A stretch of DNA of 63,130 nt, counting the filler, from Octopus bimaculoides (lineage: Eukaryota): the NCBI RefSeq assembly GCF_001194135.2. It is 6 parts of 4 records of this genome, joined end to end, with 100 filler letters (N's around TTAATTAATTAA, not from the genome) between each part and the next. Parts side by side here need not be neighbours in the genome. Positions count along the whole stretch, not along the records: positions 24,568 to 40,633 come from NC_068990.1; 5 more parts are not named here. The stretch is one strand, 5' to 3'. Shown piece after piece: positions 24,885-38,023 of this stretch; the first letter of the stretch is position 1; each line of letters starts with the position of its first letter. The position numbers and the translations under genes were made by a program. The notes under the pieces were generated by a model that was given only the letters and a program-made list of their open reading frames with translations, did not search any database and was not told the origin of the DNA.

Positions 24885-25982
24885 ATGGAACAATATCTTA
24901 GGAATGAGAACCCAGGTTCGAAATTTCTCCAAGACACCTGATGAAAGCTGGAGAGTATATCAGTCGAAATGTTGTGTTCACAACAAACAAGATGAGGACA
25001 AATATCCGTCAAATCTAAATAAATTCTTTATTTAGTAGAATTATCTTTGCTTCCAGAGAGTAGTCTAATTGGCTAGTTGAGACTAATACTAACCCCAGAT
25101 GAGAAGGGGAGATAATGCCAGGAATCAAAAATCCTCCAAAAACTAACATATTGTTAAGGAAAAGAATTTCTGATTGTTTGAAGCTAGGGGGACAGTTGTG
25201 AACATCTTCTCCACACACCTACCTACATGCATCCTAATAAAAACTTACACATGGTGAATATTCCCTACCTTCTCTGCTTTGATTTGCGAATCATTAAACT
25301 ATTTGTACAACGTATAGATATATTCAGTGAAAAAATTCACAGAGCTTATGTCAACTGAAACTCGTACACCTATACTGCATGACACAAAAATAATGCAGTA
25401 ACTTACGGAAAGAAACAATTCGTGATGAATACGGAAAATGAATGAAGAATTTTTGCACGTAAAATTCACGTAAGCATATATAAACGCATACATGCATACA
25501 TACATAATACACACATACATACACACAGACTAACTCAAACACTTACTCACTCACTCTCATACACAAAAAATATCAGACATGACTATTGTTCGAGTGTAAT
25601 CTTTTTTAGGAAGGATATTTTATATTTCTTTATGAATAGTTTTTAGTTTGTAATAATGTTTCTTAATCCATTAATCCATAAACCTTTCAAGACATTCCCG
25701 CTAGATCATCAGCATGAAATGATGGAAATTGTGGTGTGTTTTCCGCGCGCTTTGCAGTAGGTCTCAAAGGATCACGAATATAGTGCTATAAATAATAATA
25801 TCTGAACACCGATTTATGTTACGTATGATATATTTTTATGCTTATTTTTGGTTTATATTATGGCTTTAGTAAAGAATGTGTATGTATCTTTTCTCGTTTT
25901 AATGGAATTCTATATATAAAATTGTAGTGCGGTGTCCGGTTTAGAAATTTCGGTCATATAGCGTACAACTTTAATGCTTACT

Positions 25983-26203
25983 ATTATATTGATTTCAAAC
26001 TTTGGCACAACGCCAGCAATTTTTGGCAGTGGGGCTAGTTGATTATATTGATCCCAGTGTTCAACTGGTATTTTTTTAATCCACGCCAAAGGATGAAAGG
26101 CAAAGTCGATCTCGGTGGAGTTTGAACACAGAACTTAAAGACGGACGAAATGCTGCTAAGCATTTTTCAGGCGTGCTAATGATTCTGCCAGTTCGACGCC
26201 TTC
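25983..26203 (-). mobile_element. SINE family A
   Basis: GGATGAAAGGCAAAGTCGATCTCGGTGGAGTTTGAAC...GATTCTGCCAG is the reverse complement of the family A body. Confidence 0.9.
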
Positions 26204-26559
26204 ACGTTTAGTATTATATTGGTTGATTGAAGAATGTTTTATCTGTTGCTATTTTTGTGCTTTATTGTTGATTAGTATGATTTTCATTCTGGTGTTTTGG
26301 TATTGTTTTCATATTTGCCACACTATACACAACATGTATGTTGAGAACATATTAATTACGACGGACATGCACAAACATGCGAAAATGAGTTATTTTAAAA
26401 TTGAAAGTCCCAAACAAGGTGAAAAGCCACTTAATGTGAGGGACTATGAAGAAGAAATTAAGACGAGAGGAATGAATTTGCTTTAGACTTGAAAGTGTTC
26501 AAGTCATTTCGAAAATAATTCCATGCTTACATTTATAATAGAGCATCATTTTAGCCTAA

Positions 26560-27900
26560 ATTCAGACCATAAAAAATCTCGATTCTTAGATATGAATAGA
26601 GGAATAAAGAATGCCACAAAGAACGCCACAGCATATAGAAAATGTGCAAAGATAGAAAAAACACTTATATGTGTTATTTTTACTGTTGAGTTCATGTGAT
26701 GTTCTTAATTATTCATTACTCATTAACATGTATTGTTTGAATGTTTCCCCACCGCACTGGAAGATCATTTGGATTGAGCTTATTCTAGTTCTTCCATCTT
26801 TTCGTCTAACAGATAGTTTCACTGACACCGTTAATGGGGGAATTTTCGAGGGTTGCTGAATATCTTAGTTTTATATTTAACTTCTAGATTTCCTCGTATG
26901 TCCAATGAATTCCAAATATTGGTAATAGCACTAATACTTTAAAGCGTTATGGGATATTGATTTATGGAATGTAGATAACTCTGATATCCAATGTTTTAGG
27001 TGGGTAGGTGAAATAAGCAATCCATTTTTGTAATGTGTTAACGTTTCGATCGGTCTCTCATACTACCATTTGGTGGCAAATGATAATCACAACCCAATAA
27101 AGCTGTACATTCAATGTATAAAAAAACTGGAAGATACCGTTTGAATTAGGCGTTCTTTATCATCGAGGCAGTAAGTTTTCTAACAATTCCTACTATAAAC
27201 AGTATTTCGTTTAATGATTTATTGATGCAAATAAAGCAGTTCACCTTGAATTTATCTACAAGCTGCTTTTCTATTTGTTAGAATTCTTCAATCATTTATA
27301 AATGGTTTGTACGCAAGTCCCTATAATGGCGGCAGTCCTATCTCTGTGTTATTGCTATTATTGTTGCTTTGGTCGTTCTTTATCTTTTCTAACAATTTAT
27401 TGATAGCATATCTACTGGGCTGTTGTTTCTGTTATTTGCTATGAATATCTGAGAGCTGCTTTGCAGCGTATTTCCTCTCAGTAAACATAGCTTGCTGCCG
27501 CAGTAGCAAGCTACTGAAATATGAATAGTTGCGATATTTAACATCTCAATTGCTTTACATCTTCACATAACCGAAGGTTTTTCATTTTGATTTTGCTTTG
27601 TATCATTAACACGTCTTGAATTAGTTAAATCGAGTCCACAGCAAATTCTTTTGAGAGCTCCGTGACCTGCGATAGCCATCTTTTATTGCTGGCTTAGCCG
27701 CATCATATAATGCACTAATCCATATCTTATTTATCAGTTTAATTACTCTGGTTTCACATCTGAAGAAGACAACTATTTGTAATTACATTTCACTGTCTCT
27801 AAACAAGATGACCATTATTTTTACGAGCATAGAATTAAAAGCTTTAGGGAGAGAGTTCATTACACGAAAGAATTTATAGTCTCTTGCGGCACTATGATTG
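26560..27900 (-). mobile_element. Possible very old Penelope-like relic
   Basis: Only scattered motif-like stretches (ALKRICCGLDL, ETDRNVNT) among many stops; weak. Confidence 0.25.
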
Positions 27901-28747
27901 ACTTAATACCAAGTTGGTTACGTATGTATGTATGTATGTCCTGGGTATAACATTAAACTACATCCGGTGGCGAGGCTCCAGTTTGAGAGTTCTGGCATTG
28001 TTGCAGAGCGTGGAGTTACCCTTAATTACTTTTACTCCTAGGTCCGTTCCGACCCCGAACTGTATTACTTATCAGGGTCCCATATATGGGTTAAACAGAT
28101 TTCCTATGGATTGAGGAAGCTCCTGTTATTGTTGACAAAACCATAGGGGGTGGTAGTTCTTCCGTTAGATACTATGACAAAAACTTGAAGTCAAAAGAGT
28201 ACTCGTTATCATGCAAAGATTTTGCCACTTAAATTCAATGATATTCCGATCTCTCCCCATTATTTCATTTCTTTGTCCGTTTTGTATTGTATAAAGTTAT
28301 ACGGCGATGGAGGTGTGACGTGAAAAGTCATTGCTGCGCTCATGCAGAGATGAAAGTAAATTAGATCAATCAAGCTGAATGTGAAACGGCTATCATTCGT
28401 TGAAATGACGCAATCATGTATGTATGTAAGTATGTATGTATGCATGCATGTATGTACTTCTCTTTTTAATGTAAAATAAATTTTGACCGGCCACCTATTT
28501 TAAATCTTAAGAAGATCTTGCTGATTTTTATAATCACAGATATCATGATCATTTGTAGCGAATGAATTAAGAATTTGCATTCTCTGTATGTATTTGTGAG
28601 TTACTCTGTTACTGCTGCTAAATATTATATATTAATGAGATGTCAGTGTTATTTTCATTTTTGCGTAATTTAGACGACAATATATTCACCGCACTCTGTA
28701 CACACACACAAGCATTTTGTATTAATTGACGGAAAAATACATATCGT

Positions 28748-28962
28748 TATTATATTGATTTTAAATATTGGCACAAGGCCAGCAATTTCAGAGATATTTT
28801 CAAGTCGATTACATCGAGCCCAGCGTTCTGCTGGTTCTTATTTTATCTACACTGAAATGATAAAAGGCAAAGTCAACCTCAGTGGAATTTGAACTCAGAA
28901 CATAAAGACGGATGAAATTCCACTAAGCCCGGTGTGTTAACGATTCTGCCAGCTCGCCGCCC
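28748..28962 (-). mobile_element. SINE family A
   Basis: AAAGGCAAAGTCAACCTCAGTGGAATTTGAACTCAGAAC...AACGATTCTGCCAGCTCGCC. Confidence 0.9.
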
Positions 28963-29102
28963 TAACTCAACGCCACTATATTACTGATGCTTAATTTTGG
29001 TCAAATCTGCTTCTCTAGCTACTTTATATTTCAACTGTAAGGGCACAGGACCTTCAGGCAAGTTGCTCGTGGAAATTGATTGGGTTTGCACATTTATATT
29101 TA

Positions 29103-29900
29103 CAAGCTTCATTCCAGCAGTTTTGAAACATTTCCAGGATAAACTTTTATTAATTTCGAAGAAGTACGAAACTCTAACCACCCTCAAAGTATGATCCTTT
29201 GACTTCAATGCTCTTGTAGCGCTCCAGCAAATTCACGAAGGTTCTATAGAAGTCCTCCCAACCGAAGATATCGAGGACCCTTGTCACAGCCTCCTTTATT
29301 TTTTAAACTACTACACTTGAAGGTCTTCTTCAGTTTGAGGAAGTCACAAGAATTAGAAAGTCACAAGAAGCAAAGATCTGGACTGTAGGGAGGGTGAGAG
29401 ACAGTTTTGATGCTTATTTCTGTCAAGTAGTTAGTTATCAAGATTTTCGTCACTGAGCAACCTGGGGACTAACTTCACACAAATATCTTGCATGTTCAGA
29501 TCTTCGTGAATAATTCTGTGTTCAATTGCCACAACTCCAAACTGTATGTTTTTGTCATTATAGATACGTGACGGTCTTCAACCAGAAAATTGCTAACTTT
29601 CTCCCCCATCTCTGATATTTTGATGTCCTTCTCCCTTCTATACCTCTCATCGTCTTTCACTCTCTTTCTGCCGTACTTGGATCTTTTGTGCCAGCGTAAA
29701 AGTTAATCCATAAGAAGTTTGCAGCATTTCATGTTTCTGTGATGCTTTGCCCAGTTTAACACAAACATTTATTGTATAGTGACCCCCACCACTAAACATT
29801 CCGACTGCATTCTAGAAAAAGGTCAGCTGTGATAGACAGTTTTTAGTAGGGTGTGTTCAAAGTGCTGTTACACTCGTCTCCTTCAATCGGGAATAACAGA
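29103..29900 (-). mobile_element. Internally deleted mariner element (transposase pseudogene)
   Basis: Frameshifted remnants: KLGKA..., RWHKR...VKDDER, HRIIHEDLNMQDICVKLVPRLLSDE (WVP motif), IKTVSHPPYSPDL, IKEAVTRVLDIFGWEDFYRTFVNLLERYKSIEVKGSYFEGG*; TA at 29101-02. Upper boundary approximate. Confidence 0.85.
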
Positions 29901-30039
29901 TGTTGGCACGTCAGTTAATTAGGCGTATAGTAATAATATACTAAAATAACAATAATCTAGGACAATTATAATTCCCTCTCCTAAAAACAGTCTCAAAACT
30001 TCTGGAATAGACTTCGTAGTTTACTAACCTTAGTGTGTG

Positions 30040-30340
30040 ATGATGGGTAGTATGATAAAGTATGATTAAATGGAGAAAAGGAAGAAAACAGGAGGGAAGA
30101 AAGGAAGAGGAAAAATGAAAAAGAGGAAAATGGAAGAAAAGTATGAAAAGTAAGAGGAGTAAAAGAAAGAGGAGAAGGGAAAGAAAAGGAGAAAAGGAAA
30201 ATAGAAAAAGGAAAGAAATACAAAAAAATAAAAATAGAAAAGAGTAAAAGGAAAGGGAACAAGTGCTTCAAGAATGAGATTTGAAATAGATGAACTGAAC
30301 TGTTTGAAGAAATGAATGAAAAATAAAAATATCATTTAAA
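30040..30340. repeat. Purine-rich (A/G) low-complexity tract
   Basis: Direct reading; yields F/S/L-rich antisense ORFs. Confidence 0.85.
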
Positions 30341-30987
30341 TTGGCAGGGGTGCTGAATTAGAGGGATGGGCGAAATAGCGAAATGTTAAATAAAATATAA
30401 AATAAAACAAACTTTAAAGGGATGGAGCTTGAGAGGGGTTGTGAATAAAGTGTTAAAGATTACTGAAAAACACGATAATTAACACGAAAGGAAATTATAA
30501 CAACTGGGAAACTGTTTTGGAGGAATGGTCAATGGTTCAAACGAAATGAAGGCAAATAAAAATAAAATAAATCAAATAAGATAAGAATGAAGACAAAATG
30601 AGAAGGAATGGCAAAAACAGAAAAGAAATTAGGAATATTATTGGGGATATAAATAACGTTATATTTGAAAAAAATATAACGGAGAAAGTATTGGGAAAAA
30701 ATGATCACCAAAAATGGTTTGAAAAATGTTTCTGAAAAAGATTATGTGAAGATAACGGGGTACATGAAAGCGTAAAGATATTGAATTGGATCATAAATTT
30801 TTTATCATACTTTTTTCCAATCACGACCTATGACTAGAAAACTATAAAAATAAATAATATGTTAACACCATCAATATTCCAGTCACAACTGGCCCGATGA
30901 TTTGGTGCACCTGCAGATGAAATTCAGAATAGCAAGGAATTGAATCAAACCCAAATAAACAAATAAATAAATAAATAAATAAATAAA

Positions 30988-31037
<50 letters not shown>

Positions 31038-31110
31038 TATATATTCAAATATATTCAAACACCCCCATCCACATACGTATACATACACACATATATATAC
31101 TCATATACTT

Positions 31111-31212
<102 letters not shown>

Positions 31213-31987
31213 GATATAAATTGTACATATATGCTGTGATAAGATCTGAGATCCACTCTGCATTTAAAACGATTATAAAGTAGAATTATTGTAGCCAACT
31301 GAGCCCATCCCCTGCAAACATTCTAAACACATCTCAACAACAGCCAGTTAACACTCAGTATACATGCATCCATACATATATATATATGTACAGACAAAGA
31401 GGTAGGCAGACAGACAGACTGACAGACAGACTGACTGACACACACATATGTCATAGGAATTTAGAAACTTCAAGAAAACATGATATAGTTCGTTTTAAAT
31501 GTTGAACTTGTATCTCTGTATCTTATGCATGTCTGTGGTGGGAGATTCGTTTTCTCACGTGATAATGCACCTAGGTCTTAAAATGAATTGTAATTTTAAA
31601 AAAAAAAAAAAGAAAAGAAAAGAAATTCTTTAAAATTCCATATCAGTTTCAATAATTTTTCTTGTGATAAGTGGAAAATTAAAAACATGAAAAAAATATT
31701 TAAAAGTAAGTCAATGCAGAATAAAATTTCCATAACGATAAAAGATGATCAGTAATCAAATGTTCCATATGTTTCACAACAAAGTTATATTTATTTATTT
31801 ATTTATTTATGTGTTTCAGCCAAGTGGCTGCGGTCATGCTGGTGCACCACCATATGATGAAAATGCAAGTATTCAATAATTCAGGAACAGGAAATGATGA
31901 ATTTTCTAGCAGTAATATATGAGGGAAATTTGAAAGTTGAATAAGTTTCAAAGCAATAGGTTCTATTAGAAATTAAATATGAGGAAT

Positions 31988-32018
<31 letters not shown>

Positions 32019-32112
32019 CATATATTTGTGCGCTAGAGTGTGTGTGAGTGTGTGATTGTGTGCGTGTATGTTTGTGTGCGTGCGTATGTATATGTGTATG
32101 TATATGTGTATG

Positions 32113-32158
<46 letters not shown>

Positions 32159-32370
32159 TATACATACACATATACATATATATATACATACACANNNNNN
32201 NNNNNNNNNNNNNNNNNNNNNNNNNNNNNNNNNNNNNNNNNNNNNNNNNNNNNNNNNNNNNNNNNNNNNNNNNNNNNNNNNNNNNNNNNNNNNNNNNNNN
32301 NNNNNNNNNNNNNNNNNNNNNNNNNNNNNNNNNNNNNNNNNNNNTATATAAATATATGTATATATATATG

Positions 32371-32410
<40 letters not shown>

Positions 32411-32419
32411 AATCTATGT

Positions 32420-33410
32420 TTTAAGACGAGTTCAGACCTGATCAGCTACTTACTGAAGGACATTATTTATTTTTCTCCGCCTTTGATCCATCGTTCTGGT
32501 TGACTGGCCTCCTGAGTACGACATTTATTTATCATATGTCCTTATCACTTATTGTTGTTCGGCAGGAGTCCAGCATTCCGGTTCACTAATTCGCTTAGGA
32601 CATCATTTGTTTATCTGATGTTCTCTTGTTCTTTTTCCAAATTTTCCTAACATTCTAGTTGGTCAGGTCGTGGGTGACACCAGTATATCGAATCTCAGAG
32701 TAAGACCGTTACCTGAACTTTTGTTTAGCAATTCTTATTTTTGCTCCTTCAAGTTGCTTTGTTGAGTCGAATATTTATTCATAGCATTGTATTGCTAGAA
32801 AGTATTTAGTTCTGGTTTATTGTTCTTAATAAACATAGGTTCCATATTTAATCGAAATAAAGCCGAGGCGTTCGCGATGCTTTGATACAAAGGGAAAATT
32901 TGATATTTGGGATGTCTGTTGAGAAAAGATCTCGAGGTTTATACGCGGATATTTTTTCTAATCATGGGAGCTCGTATCTGTTCGTGGTATACTGTTATTA
33001 TTTGCGTCGGAATAAAGCCCATTTCCCCCATGCAGTCTACAACAGAGCTACCATATTTGATAACATAAATTAAACTTCTTGAAGCACACGTTATATAACT
33101 TTTTATGGTAATTATCCTGATTTAAATTCCTATGTCACGTTTTCCTTGAGGTTGATGCAAATTCCGAATTAGGACTTCACTTTTGGATTATTCGGGTTGT
33201 ATTTCTTGTGGGTAATTCAGCATTGGTAATTAAGCCCTTTAAAGACTAAAAATCGTATTTCACTATTAATTATTTGGTGTGTTTTGAGTGTTATTTTCCT
33301 TCATGGGTCATTAATCGAAAGAGGGATATTCTGCAGGATGTTATATAATTCTTTGTTTCCTGAGTATAGGATTCAGTTGGATCTTCTGACAGTGATGAAG
33401 TCTATATAAA
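32420..33410 (-). mobile_element. Penelope-like element 3' relic with GIY-YIG endonuclease remnant
   Basis: Frameshifted TCASRSLIYVIK ... TVYHEQIRAP ... PKYQIFPLYQS...FRLNMEPMFIKNNKPELNTF* (stop near 32796); same architecture as 62225-62455. Confidence 0.7.
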
Positions 33411-33524
33411 ATGATATAAATGACGTACGCGGTTACACGTGCGCATGCATACACGCTCGAGCGCATACACATATATTTATTATATATACATATAGATGAA
33501 TATATGCATACATAGGCATATACG

Positions 33525-33557
<33 letters not shown>

Positions 33558-34220
33558 NNNNNNNNNNNNNNNNNNNNNNNNNNNNNNNNNNNNNNNNNNN
33601 NNNNNNNNNNNNNNNNNNNNNNNNNNNNNNNNNNNNNNNNNNNNNNNNNNNNNNNNNNNNNNNNNNNNNNNNNNNNNNNNNNNNNNNNNNNNNNNNNNNN
33701 NNNNNNNNNNNNNNNNNNNNNNNNNNNNNNNNNNNNNNNNNNNNNNNNNNNNNNNNNNNNNNNNNNNNNNNNNNNNNNNNNNNNNNNNNNNNNNNNNNNN
33801 NNNNNNNNNNNNNNNNNNNNNNNNNNNNNNNNNNNNNNNNNNNNNNNNNNNNNNNNNNNNNNNNNNNNNNNNNNNNNNNNNNNNNNNNNNNNNNNNNNNN
33901 NNNNNNNNNNNNNNNNNNNNNNNNNNNNNNNNNNNNNNNNNNNNNNNNNNNNNNNNNNNNNNNNNNNNNNNNNNNNNNNNNNNNNNNNNNNNNNNNNNNN
34001 NNNNNNNNNNNNNNNNNNNNNNNNNNNNNNNNNNNNNNNNNNNNNNNNNNNNNNNNNNNNNNNNNNNNNNNNNNNNNNNNNNNNNNNNNNNNNNNNNNNN
34101 NNNNNNNNNNNNNNNNNNNNNNNNNNNNNGAACGTTTTTTATTGCATGTTATGAACTGCCATCAATTATATTGTCTTAAAAATGTACATAAATTCAAATA
34201 AGTGTACCAAAACATCACCA

Positions 34221-34221
<1 letters not shown>

Positions 34222-34269
<48 letters not shown>

Positions 34270-34272
34270 GCT

Positions 34273-34350
<78 letters not shown>
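34222..34350. repeat. (TAC)n-(TGC)n-(TAC)n compound microsatellite
   Basis: Direct reading. Confidence 0.97.
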
Positions 34351-34351
<1 letters not shown>

Positions 34352-34761
34352 ACTGAATGTGGGAAAACTCCTAAAAACATTATCCACTTCAATAATTTGA
34401 AATATGATTGAAAGTCCAACTGTTTTACTGAACAGACATACAATGTTTCCCATTAATTAATGTTGCTGAAACGTCCTCTCTTGGTAACTTGTCAATAAGA
34501 GAATAAAAGTTAACTCCACATAACCGTCTAACTAAACTCTACTTACTTTGTCAGTCAAATTACATGTGTGTGTATGTACGCATATGTATATATATATATA
34601 TATATATNNNNNNNNNNAACAAACAATTAAAGATGGAGGAGACAAAATGTTAAAAGCTTGATAACATTTTAATCCATGCATACGAATCTCTATTAGAAAT
34701 CAAACTTTGGAGTCCCCAAAGTAAAATTGTTCTAATTGAATCTACCCTTTCCTTCTGTCTT

Positions 34762-34815
<54 letters not shown>

Positions 34816-35340
34816 AATTGATCGATTTGCGTAAAAAGGTCAACAAGAAGAGTACTCCATCTCATGAGAATCCAATATTAATGTATGCGTTTCACTCCAC
34901 ATGTATTACACGCGCTACTAATAGCTTCACGGACATTGCAGGTACGTTCATCAGGCGCCGATTATTCTATGAAAGCAACAAGTTTAAATAGAGGACCGGG
35001 TAAGAAGCGATGCTAAAGTAAACCATATTTAATGGAAGATTCTACTACATATCAGCTATCAAACCGAACCGATGCAGAGCGTTCAAATGAATTTAAATCG
35101 AACAGACATAAAGGATAAAGTAAAATGATAAGGTTATAAATTATAAAAATTATAGAAATTTAATTAGATTATAAATGTGTCAATATATAACATATGAAAA
35201 TATATATAGATGTACAGATAATCGAAAGGCTATACAAATATATACAAATACACAAGCTATATACAATGCATAAATTATACAAGTGCATAAAAATATAAAA
35301 TGTATATAAATTGCGTAAAATAATAAGTGGGAAAACTCTA

Positions 35341-35440
35341 TGGTCTGTTATAAATGTTTACAATTGTACTATATAAAAATTAAAATTACATGGTCTGTTA
35401 TAAATGTTTACAATTGTACTATATAAAAATTAAAATTACA
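35341..35440. repeat. Perfect 50-bp tandem duplication
   Basis: TGGTCTGTTATAAATGTTTACAATTGTACTATATAAAAATTAAAATTACA at 35341-35390 and 35391-35440. Confidence 0.95.
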
Positions 35441-35559
35441 AAAGGAAGAAAGGATGAAAAAAGTATATTGTAAATATAAATATAAGATATAAATCGACAC
35501 AATGAAAGAAGAAACTATATCTATATTCTTAGAAGGTAGAAAAACGACCAATCAATCGA

Positions 35560-36010
35560 GAATCGGTGGAATCTTTAAGCTATATTTAGGCATGTGTTTA
35601 CATCCACAAAAAACTCTGACCTTGAGTTCAATATCGAGTTCGGAATCTCGGATCTAAATAAAATCTGCGCCCTTTCGGCGGAGGAAAGCATACATCATTA
35701 GATCCATTCGTGTATGGTTTAGACCGTTCTATGATCCTCCATTTGATCACATATGGTACATTTTACTCTTTCATGGCCCAGATGTAGCTCACCAACTTTG
35801 TGGTTTTGCTTTTCTTACTGTCGGCGAATGATACCATGTGGTTAGCGTAGCATTAAAAAAAAAGTCCTTCATATAATCCGATGTATGTTCTTTTATCGGT
35901 TATGTCACTGCTATTAAGGGTTGCCGAAACCTCTGCTCCGTATATAATGAACTTCATCATGCACTGCTGGCCCAGCGGACAGACCTAAGAGCATGAGAGC
36001 GCAGCAGAGG
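35560..36010 (-). mobile_element. Penelope-like GIY-YIG endonuclease remnant (second subfamily)
   Basis: VCPLGQQCMMKFIIYGAEV...DKRTYIGLYEGLFF*CYANHMVSF...TTKLVSYIWAMKE*NVPYVIKWRIIERSKPYTNGS: typical CPLxGxC / IY / YIG / YxNH / IKW pattern. Confidence 0.8.
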
Positions 36011-36074
36011 GAAACCCAAGTCACTAGACAGACTTTCAGTTTCAGTTTCAATAAAAATACCGCATTCTCATTCA

Positions 36075-37022
36075 TCATGCATAAACCAACGTACGTCGTG
36101 CATTGTCTTGCAAGAGAATTGGCCTCTCTCTATTGACCAATCTCAGTTGTTTAATTGCAAGTTCACTTATCATTTCATCCAACTGGTTGATATATACATC
36201 CGCTGTAACTGACCTGCCAAGTCTTATGAAGTTGAAGTGGATAACACCAGCGCTGGACCACGAAACAGACATCACTAGCTTGTTTTTGGTGAATATTCTT
36301 TTTTGGATTGTGTTTTGGCACTTCGTCTCTATCCAACCACCGTGCAGAGCGCTTGCTATTGTTAAAAAGAATCCATCTTACATTACACGTAACAATATGA
36401 TGCAAAAATGGCTTGCTTTTATACCGTGACAGCAAAGAACAGCAAGTTCCAAGACGACGTGTCGTTTGATGCTCGTTCAGTTCGTGTGGTACCCACTTGT
36501 CGAGCTTCTTTACCTTACCAGCTTGTTTCAAATGGTCCAATACAGTTGGACTCGAAACATCAAACTTTGCTGCTAACTCATGCGTAGTTTGAGATGTATC
36601 CGCTACCACTACAGTTCCCAGCTCATCATTATCCACGTTGTTCTCAGGTTTACCACTATGCTGATTTCCAAGGGCAACGACACCAGACAGGAACTGCTCA
36701 AACCATCGACGTACAGTGCGCTCATTCGCCACATCTGCAACAGACATATCTCATTGATGCTTCGAGCTGGCTGGAATGCATTGGTTCTACGGCAGAACTC
36801 ATATTCATAACAAGAATTTTTTATCTGTTCATGGGTTTACAAAAATTGCTTTACAAGAGAAAACTAACAATATAATCAGACGCCATGAATTGCATTTCGA
36901 AAAGTGATAATGTAACTCTTCAATGTTGTAAGAGAAAGAATTTCCAGGAAAAAAACATTTGAGTTAACGATTGTCAAATTTAGTGCAGAAGAAAATCGGA
37001 CATTTTATTCTTAATGACCTGA
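36075..37022 (-). mobile_element. Mariner DNA transposon, 3'-truncated, transposase pseudogene
   Basis: ERTVRRWF, KKLDKWVPHELNE (WVPHEL), HHIVTCNVRWILFNN, frameshift, LVMSVSWSSAGVIHF...PILLQDNAR; 5' terminal repeat TA-TCAGGTCATT ending at 37022; sequence stops after DNAR. Confidence 0.93.
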
Positions 37023-37054
37023 TACATACACACATACATACATACATACACGGT

Positions 37055-38023
37055 CGTACGTTCAGGCAAAAGCAACGGACGAAACTCCGCGGCTTTTAGC
37101 TCGAACGGGCGTACGTTCAGGCAAAAGCAACGGACGAAGCTCCGCGGCTTTTAGCTCGAACGGGCGTACGTTCGGGTAAAAGCTACGGACGCACGTCCCT
37201 AGCTTTTAGATCGAACGGGCGTACGTTCGGGCAAGACCTACTGACGCAGCTCCGTAGCGCTTCGGCGGAGCGGGCGTGCGTTAAGACAAGAGCAACGGGC
37301 GAAGCTCCGTANNNNNNNNNNNNNNNNNNNNNNNNNNNNNNNNNNNNNNNNNNNNNNNNNNNNNNNNNNNNNNNNNNNNNNNNNNNNNNNNNNNNNNNNN
37401 NNNNNNNNNNNNNNNNNNNNNNNNNNNNNNNNNNNNNNNNNNNNNNNNNNNNNNNNNNNNNNNNNNNNNNNNNNNNNNNNNNNNNNNNNNNNNNNNNNNN
37501 NNNNNNNNNNNNNNNNNNNNNNNNNNNNNNNNNNNNNNNNNNNNNNNNNNNNNNNNNNNNNNNNNNNNNNNNNNNNNNNNNNNNNNNNNNNNNNNNNNNN
37601 NNNNNNNNNNNNNNNNNNNNNNNNNNNNNNNNNNNNNNNNNNNNNNNNNNNNNNNNNNNNNNNNNNNNNNNNNNNNNNNNNNNNNNNNNNNNNNNNNNNN
37701 NNNNNNNNNNNNNNNNNNNNNNNNNNNNNNNNNNNNNNNNNNNNNNNNNNNNNNNNNNNNNNNNNNNNNNNNNNNNNNNNNNNNNNNNNNNNNNNNNNNN
37801 NNNNNNNNNNNNNNNNNNNNNNNNNNNNNNNNNNNNNNNNNNNNNNNNNNNNNNNNNNNNNNNNNNNNNNNNNNNNNNNNNNNNNCGTTAAGACAAGAGC
37901 AACGGACGAGGCTCCGTAGCGCTTCGGCGGAACGGGCGTACGTTAAGACGGGAGCAACGGACGAGGCTCCGTAGCGCTTCGGCGGAACGGGCGTGCGTTA
38001 AGACAAGAGCAACGGACGAGGCT
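37055..38023. repeat. GC/CpG-rich 55-bp tandem array of hairpin-forming units (interrupted by a 574-N gap)
   Basis: Unit starts at 37055, 37110, 37165, 37220, 37275 and, after the gap, 37937 and 37992; each unit has nested inverted repeats. Confidence 0.95.

Larger units (their letters stand above)
24628..25020. mobile_element. Inverted pair of Penelope-like terminal repeats (about 130-bp arms, 24628-24759 and 24892-25020), each with a minimal hammerhead motif
   Basis: Arms are reverse complements with few mismatches; each carries GACAC-CTGATGA-A-(G/A)GCTG...CAG(C/T)C-GAAA(C/T)GTT. Hammerheads in Penelope pseudo-LTRs are established. Confidence 0.75.

Noticed and set aside
37055-38023. CRISPR array interpretation of the palindromic repeats
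   Set aside because: Units are contiguous with no unique spacers, there are no cas genes, and the context is eukaryotic.
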